NCBI GenBank assembly: GCA_963755125.1
Contig: CAVWIP010000015.1
Coordinates: 320,001 to 384,000, forward strand
Source: an uncultured delta proteobacterium
Lineage (GTDB): Bacteria; Myxococcota_A; Polyangia; Fen-1088
Length of the DNA stretch: 64,000 nucleotides
Reading direction: 5' to 3'
In this document: positions 1 through 8,349 of the stretch, piece by piece
Layout: the number at the start of each line of letters is the position of its first letter
Numbering within the stretch: position 1 is the stretch's first letter
The notes under the pieces: model-generated
Told to the model about the DNA's origin: nothing
The model's input: the letters and a program-made list of their open reading frames with translations, nothing else
Database searches by the model: none
Translations under genes and position numbers: made by a program

Positions 1-2077
1 AGGGAAATTCCTCGGCCAGCGTGCGGTAGATGGCCTTGATGTTCCAGGGGGCCATCTCGTAGAGCTGCGCCCACTGACAGAAGATGCCGTCCTCGCGCAG
101 GCGTGCCTTGATGTCTTGAAAATACTCGCGGGTGAACAGGTTGGAAACGCCGGTGATCCATGGATTGGACGGCTGGCTGATGATGACGTCGAACTTGTCG
201 CTGCGCTGGCTGAGAAAATTGCGTCCGTCGCCGGCCAGGGCGCGCACCTTGGGATTTTGCAAGGGGCGCTGATTGACACTGTCGAAGAAGTGCGATGCTT
301 CGTAGATGGCCGGCTCCAGTTCCACGACCTCCAGCGAGGCGATGGGGTACTGGGTGACGGCACCGGCGGTGACGCCCGAGCCGAACCCGACCAGCGCGAC
401 TTTGGGTGGATGATCGTTCTGGTAGAGCAGGAGCGGCAGAAGGCCCACGCTGATCTGGGTCGGCATGTCGGCGTCGTTGGAGGCGTCGACCTTGCCGTTG
501 TTCTTCAGGGAGAACACCTTGCCCCACTGGTCGACCGATACGGTCGTGGCGATGCCGTCCTTGTAGTAGACCAGCTTGGGCATTTGCCATTTCTTCTTCT
601 GATGGTGGTGCTCGACCATCTCGATGTAGTCGCGCGCCATGGACACGCGAAAGAAGCCGATGGAGAAATCGGTGAGGTTCCAGCGCGGCAGGGCCAGGGC
701 CAGCAGGGCCATGCCAGCCGCGCCGGCCATTCCGAGGATGCGGCGTGAAGGCGCGAGGTTGCTGCAGACCGCGAAGAGCAGTGCCGCCAGCCCCAGATCG
801 AGCACCGCCGAGACGTAGATGCCCTTCTGCAATCCGAGCTGGGGCAGCACCACGAACCCCGACAGGAAGGACCCCACGATGGCGCCCACCGTGTTGAGCG
901 CGTAGGCCGAGCCCACGTCGCGGCCCACCCGACCCAGACTCGCGGTCACCGCCCGCACGGTGATTGGGAAGATGGCACCCATGAGGAAGGTCGAGGGCAG
1001 CACCGCGATGCAGGCCAGGGTGAACTGGCACACCAGAACCGCGTCGGCCGTGATCGACGTCGACGACAGCAGATAGGTGAAGACGTAGGGCAGGCGGTCG
1101 GTGACCAGATAGGAGAGTCCGATGGCTGCGACGATGCCCAAGTGGACCAGGGCCAGACTGCGCACGGGATCGCGAAATCGCTGCGCCAGCCGGCCGAAGG
1201 CCGCGGAGCCGGCCCCCAGGCCGATGAGGAAGGCCAGCAGGATGATGGTGAAGGAAAAGATCGACGAGCCGATGATGACCGCCAGGGCGCGCGTCCAGAG
1301 TACCTGCAGGGTCATGGCCGTGGCGCCCGACACGGCGAAGGCGAAAAGAACCGCGCGCCGGGCCGCCGGCGTGATGACGGGCAGGCTCGCCTCGGCCGGC
1401 TTGGCCTGGGCGGCGAGTTCGTCGAGGCTGGGACCTTTGGGAGTCGTTGTCCAGTGGCGGCTGAAACGCTGGGCGATCAGGATGGCGGCGGCCAGCGACA
1501 GATCGAAACTGGCGGCCAGAAAGTTGGTGCTGCGCACTCCGATGAGCGGCAGCGAGATGAACCCGGCCAGAAAGGATCCACTCACGCCCCCGAAGATGTT
1601 CACCGCGTAGAGCGTGCCGAGGCGCAGGCTCACGCGGCCGAACTCGAACGGACGCGACACGAAGTAGCGAGCCAGCAAGGGCAGGGTCGCGCCCATGAGC
1701 GTGGTCGGCACGATGAGCAGCGCGGCCGAGGCCGCGAAGCGCAGCAAAGAGAGCAGGGTGTAGCGATCGCCGAAGGCGGCCCACAGCCAATGGTTGAGCC
1801 CCGGGTAGAAGTGGATCAGCCAGGGCACGGCCAAGGCGTAGAGCCCGATGGCGGCCTCGGCCAGGGCATAGGCGCGCACCGAGTTCTTGATGCGATCCGC
1901 GACCTTGCCCGCCAGGTACGAACCGAGGCCCAGCCCGCCCATGTAAGTGGCCAGGACTGTCGACACGGCGAGAGCGGTGGACCCGAATACCAGGGTCAAC
2001 ATGCGCGTCCATAGCAGTTCCAGGATGAGCCCCGACGCCCCTGACAGGAAGAAGCAGCAGAGAACGACGGTTGGCAT
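1..2077 (-). CDS. Fused MFS-like membrane / spermidine synthase-like protein (partial, runs off the left edge)
   Basis: Not in the ORF track. Manual translation starts MPTVVLCCFFLSGASGLILELLWTRMLTLVFGST and later gives KFDVIISQPSNPWITGVSNLFTREYF, typical of the fused MFS/spermidine synthase family. Confidence 0.85.
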   Translation of the reverse strand, partial: MPTVVLCCFFLSGASGLILELLWTRMLTLVFGSTALAVSTVLATYMGGLGLGSYLAGKVADRIKNSVRAYALAEAAIGLYALAVPWLIHFYPGLNHWLWAAFGDRYTLLSLLRFAASAALLIVPTTLMGATLPLLARYFVSRPFEFGRVSLRLGTLYAVNIFGGVSGSFLAGFISLPLIGVRSTNFLAASFDLSLAAAILIAQRFSRHWTTTPKGPSLDELAAQAKPAEASLPVITPAARRAVLFAFAVSGATAMTLQVLWTRALAVIIGSSIFSFTIILLAFLIGLGAGSAAFGRLAQRFRDPVRSLALVHLGIVAAIGLSYLVTDRLPYVFTYLLSSTSITADAVLVCQFTLACIAVLPSTFLMGAIFPITVRAVTASLGRVGRDVGSAYALNTVGAIVGSFLSGFVVLPQLGLQKGIYVSAVLDLGLAALLFAVCSNLAPSRRILGMAGAAGMALLALALPRWNLTDFSIGFFRVSMARDYIEMVEHHHQKKKWQMPKLVYYKDGIATTVSVDQWGKVFSLKNNGKVDASNDADMPTQISVGLLPLLLYQNDHPPKVALVGFGSGVTAGAVTQYPIASLEVVELEPAIYEASHFFDSVNQRPLQNPKVRALAGDGRNFLSQRSDKFDVIISQPSNPWITGVSNLFTREYFQDIKARLREDGIFCQWAQLYEMAPWNIKAIYRTLAEEFP

Positions 2078-2176
2078 TCGGCGAGGGTCTTTCTAGCCCG
2101 GCCTGTCCGCTATTCCAACGGTCGCCAGCACGGCTTTTTTCAACTTGGCGGCCCGCGATGGTATCGTAGTCCCCCG

Positions 2177-2914
2177 ATGCGTTACGGTATCCTCTCGGAC
2201 ACCCACGCCAACATCGAGGCGCTGGAAGCCGTCGTGAAGGCGTACGAGTCGGAGACGATCGACAAGTTCATATGCCTGGGCGATACCGTGGGCTACGGCG
2301 CGAGCCCCAATGAAGCCTGCACGCTGATGCGCTCGCATGTGGCGCAGGCGGTGCTGGGCAATCATGATGCGGCGGTGGCGGGACGCATGGACTATTCCTA
2401 CTACTACTATGCCGCCCGTCAGGCGCTGGACAAGCACGCGCAGCTTCTCGAAACGGCGAACATGGAGTGGCTGAAGGGCCTGCCCTACGACTATCGGGAA
2501 GACGGCATCCTCTTTTGCCACGGGTCGCCGATCAACATCCGCGAATTCGACTACATCTTCGCGCGCGACCAGGCCGCGCAGTGCATGGCCATCTGGGATG
2601 AGCTTCCCCCGCTCACCGTGATCGGGCATTCCCATCTGTGCAAGTCGTTCGCCATCAACCCCGACCACCCCGGCGCGCAGGAGGTGGTCACGCTCAAGTT
2701 CGAACTGCGCGAAGGCTGGAAGTACATCATCAGCGTGGGCTCGGTGGGCCAGCCGCGGGATTTCGATCCGCGCGCCAGCTACACCATCTTCGACACGGCC
2801 ACGCGGACCTTCGAGTTCAAGCGCGTGGAATACGACACCAAGGCGGCCGCAGCGAAGATCCTGGCCTCGGACCTGGAACCGAACTTCGGCACGCGTCTGT
2901 TCCTGGGGATCTAG
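2177..2914 (+). CDS. Metallophosphoesterase (calcineurin-like)
   Basis: SDTHAN, LGDTVGYG, GNHD, HGSP, GHSH and GSVGQPRD motifs. Confidence 0.9.
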   Translation: MRYGILSDTHANIEALEAVVKAYESETIDKFICLGDTVGYGASPNEACTLMRSHVAQAVLGNHDAAVAGRMDYSYYYYAARQALDKHAQLLETANMEWLKGLPYDYREDGILFCHGSPINIREFDYIFARDQAAQCMAIWDELPPLTVIGHSHLCKSFAINPDHPGAQEVVTLKFELREGWKYIISVGSVGQPRDFDPRASYTIFDTATRTFEFKRVEYDTKAAAAKILASDLEPNFGTRLFLGI

Positions 2915-2919
2915 CTTTC

Positions 2920-4326
2920 TTAGTTCTTGGTCACGTCGACGCCGGCGACACGGGTCAGGCTGGCTACGGCAATGTTGGTGTCGTAGAGAGCCTGCAGGCA
3001 GCGCGAGTGGGCCTGGAAAAAAGCCAGCAGCGCATCGGAGAAGTCCTTGGTTTCGGCCAGTCCCACCGAGATGTTCTGCATGATGGCCGCGATCCATTGC
3101 CGCGAGGCCTTCTCGCCCTTCTGTACGGTCTTGAGCCGCTGATCGGCTTCCTTCATTTCGGTATAGGCCTTCTCCACCTCGAAGCCGATTCCGCCCAGGG
3201 CCTCGTTGCGCCGCAATTCGGCTTCTCGGGCCTCCGCGCGCAGCCGCTGGGCGTGCGCGTTCTTCACGAAGAGATCGAGCGGCATGCGTAGCGCGGCCGC
3301 CACGCCCACGCCAGAGGTATTGAAGGGGTTGTTGGCAAAAGCGTTGTTCGGGTGATCGATCGAGCTGGCGTAGGCGTAGGTGGCGGTTCCCACCACCACC
3401 AGGTCAGGATACTGGCGGCGCCATTCCAGGTCGGCCAGGGCGCGCTTGGCCGCGACCATCTGGTCAAGCGCCTTGACCTCGGGGCGATGGGAGCGCGCCA
3501 GATCATCGTACGAGGTGAGTTCGCGCGTCGGCACCGCCAGCGCTTCCAGCGGCGCATCGTCCACGTCAAGGTCGGCCGGCGCGCTTGGCCCGATGAGCGT
3601 GCGCAGGCCAGCCTTGGCCAGATCAGCCCCGCGCCGCGCTTCCAGCACGCGCGCCTCGATGTCCGCGCGCATGGTGCGCAAGCGCAGGCGGTCGGTCACC
3701 GATGCGTTGCCCGAGCCATCGGCCAGCTCCTCTTCGATCTTCTTCTGGGCGTCGTTCAGATACTCCAGGCCCTCGTCGAGCATGCTCAGCAGCTCGCGCG
3801 CCAGCTTGGCGCCCCAGTACGCCTTGCGAACGTTCAGTTCCACGTCGGCCACCTGACCCGATTCTTTGCTTCGCGAGGCCTCCACGCCCAATTCGGCTGC
3901 GTTGACCCCGGCCGAGATCTTGCCGAAGGTGTAGATGGGCTGAACCAGTCTGAGATCGGTGCGCGTGAATACGCCGCGCAGTTTGGTGATGGCGTCGAAG
4001 GTCTGCGAATTCTCAAAGTAGAAATTCGTGTGCGCGCAGCTATCAGTGCCGTCCGAGCTGGGAAAGCATTGGATTCTCGGAACTGGCGCGACCGTTGACG
4101 ATAGGTCGCCGGTGGGCAAGTAACTCCGGTGCGCTTCCAACGCTTGCGCCTCGATACCCACGGTGACTTGCGCGTTGGCGGCCAGGCCAGGGTTTCCCCT
4201 TCTGGCCATGTCGAGCAGCTCGTCGAGCTTGTAGGCCTTTGCCTGGGCGGCGCCAGCCAGAAGCAGGCTGGTGCTTGCGCAAAGACAAGCGGCAAGAGCA
4301 GAACCAGAGAAACGATGTGTTTTCAT
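2920..4326 (-). CDS. TolC-family outer membrane efflux protein
   Basis: Signal peptide MKTHRFSGSALAACLC..AAQA; OEP repeat signatures (QPIYTFGKI, NVRKAYW, EVEKAY); start moved to ATG 4326. Confidence 0.85.
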   Translation of the reverse strand: MKTHRFSGSALAACLCASTSLLLAGAAQAKAYKLDELLDMARRGNPGLAANAQVTVGIEAQALEAHRSYLPTGDLSSTVAPVPRIQCFPSSDGTDSCAHTNFYFENSQTFDAITKLRGVFTRTDLRLVQPIYTFGKISAGVNAAELGVEASRSKESGQVADVELNVRKAYWGAKLARELLSMLDEGLEYLNDAQKKIEEELADGSGNASVTDRLRLRTMRADIEARVLEARRGADLAKAGLRTLIGPSAPADLDVDDAPLEALAVPTRELTSYDDLARSHRPEVKALDQMVAAKRALADLEWRRQYPDLVVVGTATYAYASSIDHPNNAFANNPFNTSGVGVAAALRMPLDLFVKNAHAQRLRAEAREAELRRNEALGGIGFEVEKAYTEMKEADQRLKTVQKGEKASRQWIAAIMQNISVGLAETKDFSDALLAFFQAHSRCLQALYDTNIAVASLTRVAGVDVTKN

Positions 4327-4462
4327 GGCGGTCACAGAAGGTCGGCGGGTTTGACCTGGGCCGAGGCGCATGCTACCGCAAACCGCGTGTGGACAGTCAA
4401 GAGTTGGCGGTCCGCAGCGCCAAAGTTCTTGTCGGGTAATCCCGAGCGCTCGTGGAACTGCA

Positions 4463-5449
4463 ATGTGCCCGTCTGAAACCCAAGACCCGTCTGCCGTGAA
4501 AGAGGCCGTCGCGCAGGTCGACCTGGGCGGGATCGCGATCCTTCGCTGTACCGGCGAGGATCGGATCGGCTTTCTGCAAAGGTTGACCACGGGCAGCGTA
4601 CAGGGCGTGGGCGTCGGGGCGGGCTGCCATTCGCTTCTGCTCGACAGCAAGGGTCACGTGATGGGCGATCTGCGCCTGTGCGCCAGAGCCGACGAGGTGC
4701 GCTTGGTGGTGGCCGCGGCAGCGGGGCAGGGGATTGCCGCCGCCCTGACACGCTATGCGGTCATGGATGACTTTGCCGTCGCCGTGGAGCCGGACAGCGC
4801 GATGGACGCACTTCGTGGACCAGGGGCGGCCGAGGCGCTCCGCGCGGTCGGCGTCTCGATGCCCGACGACTTCGCGGCCTGGCCCCTGTGGTCGCACGCG
4901 GACGCGGCCAGCCCGTTCGGTTCGCTGTGGCTGGTGCGCAGCCACGCCCTGGGCAGCGACGGGCTGTGGGTTTTTGGCGCGACGGCAGTTGTTTTCGCGC
5001 TGGCCGCAGCCCTGGACCTGGCCGGCGTGCCGGTCCTGGCGCCCGAGGTGGCGGAAGCCCTGCGCATCCAGGCGGGCGAGCCGCGCTTCGGCGCCGAGAT
5101 CACCGGTGACGCCCTTCCCATGGAACTGGGCCTGGCAAGCGCCATCGATCACAAGAAGGGCTGCTATCTCGGGCAGGAAACCATCGCACGCGTGCGCGAC
5201 CGGGGGCTGGTACGGCGCCGATTGGCCACCCTGCGCCTGCACCGCGACGGGATGCCCGCTGCCGGCGACGCCATCGCCTCCGAGCAGAATCCTGCGGGAC
5301 ACGTAACCAGCGCTGCCCGCGTTCCCGGCCAGGCTGCCGTGGCGCTTGCCTTGCTGGCCTCGTCCGTGCCGGTCGGGGCCGAGGTTCGCATCAGCCACGG
5401 CTCGGAAACCCTGCTGGCCGAGGTCATCTTTGACCAGCCGGTCTGGTGA
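4463..5449 (+). CDS. ygfZ: Folate-binding YgfZ / GcvT-family protein
   Basis: KGCYLGQE signature and GEDRIGFLQRLTT N-terminal motif. Confidence 0.8.
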   Translation: MCPSETQDPSAVKEAVAQVDLGGIAILRCTGEDRIGFLQRLTTGSVQGVGVGAGCHSLLLDSKGHVMGDLRLCARADEVRLVVAAAAGQGIAAALTRYAVMDDFAVAVEPDSAMDALRGPGAAEALRAVGVSMPDDFAAWPLWSHADAASPFGSLWLVRSHALGSDGLWVFGATAVVFALAAALDLAGVPVLAPEVAEALRIQAGEPRFGAEITGDALPMELGLASAIDHKKGCYLGQETIARVRDRGLVRRRLATLRLHRDGMPAAGDAIASEQNPAGHVTSAARVPGQAAVALALLASSVPVGAEVRISHGSETLLAEVIFDQPVW

Positions 5450-5471
5450 CTTTCCGCGGCTAGGATTCGGC

Positions 5472-5500
5472 TGTAAGGTAGTAGAGGGTCGGGGCACCAG
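5472..5500 (+). promoter_or_regulatory. Putative ECF promoter TGTAAGGT-N13-GGCACCAG upstream of the ECF sigma gene
   Basis: Same bipartite motif with the same spacing recurs at 8314-8342. Confidence 0.55.
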
Positions 5501-5512
5501 AGTCTTGGTCTG

Positions 5513-6097
5513 ATGGCGCATAACTCGCTTTTCGACGGCAGTGGCGTGGCGGCAACGCCCGCCGCCAGCGATCGGGAACATCTGCTGGACACCCTTGACC
5601 AGCTCTACGAGACCTACGAGCCGTCAGTCGAGCGCTGGGTGCGGCGCCTGGCCGGCCCAGGCGCCGAGGTTGAAGATCTGGTTCACGACGTCTTCCTGGT
5701 CGCCCTGCGGCGGCGGCACGAGTTCCGCGGCGATGCCAAGGTTTCGACCTGGCTGTTTCGCATCACCGACCTGATCGTGCGCAAGCGGCGCTTCCGCCGA
5801 CGCTTGCGCAATTTTCTCAACCTCGCCTTTCGCGACAACACGACGGCGCTTGCGCCTGCCAGCCCCACGCCGCTCGAAGAACTGGAGCGGCGACAGCAGT
5901 GTGCGCGTCTCTATGCCGCGTTGGATCGCCTGCCCGAGAAGTACCGCACGCCCGTCATCCTGTTCGACATCGACGGCCGTTCAGCCGGCGAAGTGGCAGC
6001 GTTGCTTGGAATCAAGGCCAACACCGTCTGGGTACGGGTGCACCGGGCGCGGGAACGGCTTTTCGATGACCTGTCCGCCGGAGGCAACATCCCATGA
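5513..6097 (+). CDS. ECF-subfamily sigma-70 factor
   Basis: Region 2 (VEDLVHDVF, STWLFRI) and region 4 (ALDRLPEKYR, EVAALLGIKANTVWVRVHRARERL). Confidence 0.92.
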   Translation: MAHNSLFDGSGVAATPAASDREHLLDTLDQLYETYEPSVERWVRRLAGPGAEVEDLVHDVFLVALRRRHEFRGDAKVSTWLFRITDLIVRKRRFRRRLRNFLNLAFRDNTTALAPASPTPLEELERRQQCARLYAALDRLPEKYRTPVILFDIDGRSAGEVAALLGIKANTVWVRVHRARERLFDDLSAGGNIP

Positions 6098-7383
6098 GGA
6101 GTGAAAGCAAGACGGCCGAGTCAGCGACGGACCGGCACCTGGGTCCGCTCGCATCCCTCGTGCGCGCTACTGAGCCGCTGGAGCAACTGAGCGCAGTCGA
6201 GCGCGAGCGAATCAAACACCGACTGCGATGCGCCTTTCTGCCCAGTCATCGTCCGGCGACACGCTTGCGTTTGTCGACGGTACTCGCAGCCCTGGGCCTG
6301 CTGCTGGCAGGCGGTGCGGTGTTTGCGGCGGCAGGCCACTTCGGGCTCATCCCCTGGCCGCGCGAAGCTGGACCACGGGACGCCAGCGAGCAGGGAGCTG
6401 GCCAGGCGCGGCGGCGCGCGTTGCGACCAGCCCGGCCCAAGTCTGCCGTCGCATCCACGCCAGTCGCGACGGCCAACCAGATGGGAGCGCCACAGGAGAC
6501 GATGGAGGTCGCGGCGCAGGCACCCGCGCCGCTGCTTGCGGCCGAGCCTGCCCTGTCGCCGCCTTCACCCGCGCCGGTCGTTGCGATGAGGACAGGTCGC
6601 TCTGTGGCCATGGTGGCGCCTGCCACAGCCAGCCCGCGTATCGTCCGTGCGTCGCACGTCCCGCCGACTCCAGCGTCTGCGCCAGGCGCCGCGACGAACG
6701 GGCAGGCCGGCGAGGCGTTGCACAGTCCACGCAACGAGATGTTGGCGGTTGCGCCGCCGCCTGTTGTCTCGTCTGTCCCGGGACCGTCTTACTCCGGTCC
6801 TGCTGCCACGCCTGGGGCAGGTCTGGCCATGTTGGCGCCGGCCGCGTCCAGCCCGCGGGTCGCCCGTGCGTCGTCGCCATCCGCGCCTGGCGCCGCAGGC
6901 AACGGGCAGGCCATGCTCGGCCAGGCCATGCGGAGCCTGCGCAACGACCGCGATCCGGCCGGCGCGCTCGAGATCTTGACCAGGCACGCGGCCTTGTTCC
7001 CGCAGAGCCCGCTGGCCAGCGAGCGCTCCGTGCTGGAGGTCGAGGCCCTGCTGGCCCTGGGGCGCAACGACGAGGCGCTGATTCACCTCGATGCGATGTC
7101 GCTCGACAACACCCCACGCAGCGCTGAACGCTATGTGGTGCGGGGTGAACTGCGCGCGCGTGCGCAGCGCTGGCCCGAGGCCGGTGCGGATTTTGACCGG
7201 GCTCTGGCTCACGGCAGAGGCGCCTCGCCTTGGCAGGAGCGCGCCCTGTGGGGCCGCGCCGTGACCCGCACTCAAGCCGGGGACCAGGCGGGTGCCCGCG
7301 CTGACTTGCAACTCTACTTGCAGATCTACCCGGCAGGCCGTTTCGCATCCGAGGCAGCGCGTCTGCTGGCAGCCGCACAATGA
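6094..7383 (+). CDS. Putative anti-sigma factor: single TM helix, Pro/Ala-rich linker, C-terminal TPR domain
   Basis: ATGA overlap with the sigma gene; TM segment VLAALGLLLAGGAVFAAA; TPR-like end YLQIYPAGRFASEA. Confidence 0.7.
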   Translation: MRSESKTAESATDRHLGPLASLVRATEPLEQLSAVERERIKHRLRCAFLPSHRPATRLRLSTVLAALGLLLAGGAVFAAAGHFGLIPWPREAGPRDASEQGAGQARRRALRPARPKSAVASTPVATANQMGAPQETMEVAAQAPAPLLAAEPALSPPSPAPVVAMRTGRSVAMVAPATASPRIVRASHVPPTPASAPGAATNGQAGEALHSPRNEMLAVAPPPVVSSVPGPSYSGPAATPGAGLAMLAPAASSPRVARASSPSAPGAAGNGQAMLGQAMRSLRNDRDPAGALEILTRHAALFPQSPLASERSVLEVEALLALGRNDEALIHLDAMSLDNTPRSAERYVVRGELRARAQRWPEAGADFDRALAHGRGASPWQERALWGRAVTRTQAGDQAGARADLQLYLQIYPAGRFASEAARLLAAAQ

Positions 7384-8306
7384 GGCGAGCCACCTGCGCG
7401 GTGGCGCTTGGCGCGGTATGTTCGGTGGCGATCCCTGTTTCGGCGGCGCCGCTTGTCACCAGCGATTCGGATTGCCCTTCGGCGGCCGAGGTTACGAATC
7501 GCCTGGCGGGCCTGTGGTCCGGGGACAATCCGGTCTCCGCCACAGCTCATGTTCGCGTCGAGGCTGGGCGGATGGCCGTGGACCTGGCCAGCGAGAGCGA
7601 GCCTGCGACCAGTCGGATTCTGCCCGCCGAGCCTGACTGCGAGTCGCGCGCCCAGGCCGCAGCCCTGGTCATCGCGGCCTGGCTCGACAGCATGCCAGCG
7701 GATCCCCTCGGCCGGGTCGAGTCGGTCGCCGTGCTGTCGGTCGCCCCGGCCAGCTTGCGAGCGCCGACCGCGGAGAAGCCCTTGCCGGCACAGCCGCGGT
7801 TCTCATTGGGTGTGGCTGCCTTGGCGTCTGTCGACGCGCGGGGCGCCGGCGCTGTCCTGTCAGGCGAGGCCGCGTGGGCGCGGCTGGCCGGCCGGTTCGG
7901 CCTGGCGTCCGGGCTTTCCGTTCCGCTCCCTCGCGAGATGGGCGTGGGTCAGGGGACCGCGCGCTGGTGGCGGCCGGTGCTTGCGTTGGCTGTGCGCGCT
8001 CCGTTGACCCAGGGCGCATGGGTTGTGGACGGAGGCATCGGACCTGCGTTCGGACTGCTCGTGGTCGCTGGCAGCGGTTATCACCCGGACAACACCGATG
8101 TGGCCGTGTCCTGGGGAGCAACCGCTGGTCTTCGCCTGGCCCACAGGAGCAGCAAGTGGGCCTATTGGGCCGAACTGCGCACTGTACTGTGGCCAGCCGC
8201 ACAGAACATTCGGAGCGACGTGGAGGGCAGCAACACGCCCAAACTCGCGGCTTTGCCGCGCATCGAGGCCCAGCTTGGCCTGGGCTTCAGTTTCGGCCTC
8301 TTTTGA
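7380..8306 (+). CDS. Exported protein, probably with a C-terminal outer-membrane beta-barrel
   Basis: ATGA overlap; signal peptide; N-terminal DCPSAAEV..DCESRAQAAALVIA domain; amphipathic strands ending LGLGFSFGLF. Confidence 0.6.
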   Translation: MRRATCAVALGAVCSVAIPVSAAPLVTSDSDCPSAAEVTNRLAGLWSGDNPVSATAHVRVEAGRMAVDLASESEPATSRILPAEPDCESRAQAAALVIAAWLDSMPADPLGRVESVAVLSVAPASLRAPTAEKPLPAQPRFSLGVAALASVDARGAGAVLSGEAAWARLAGRFGLASGLSVPLPREMGVGQGTARWWRPVLALAVRAPLTQGAWVVDGGIGPAFGLLVVAGSGYHPDNTDVAVSWGATAGLRLAHRSSKWAYWAELRTVLWPAAQNIRSDVEGSNTPKLAALPRIEAQLGLGFSFGLF

Positions 8307-8313
8307 CGTTGGT

Positions 8314-8342
8314 TGTAAGGTCGATCGGCAATCGGGGACAAG
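8314..8342 (+). promoter_or_regulatory. Putative ECF promoter TGTAAGGT-N13-GGGACAAG upstream of the VWA lipoprotein gene
   Basis: Matches the motif at 5472-5500. Confidence 0.55.
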
Positions 8343-8349
8343 GAAGGTC

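Noticed and set aside
116..2014. Plus-strand ORFs of 210, 162 and 290 aa
   Set aside because: Shadow frames of the minus-strand spermidine-synthase-like gene; the same applies to most long Arg/Ala/Gly-rich overlapping ORFs in the track
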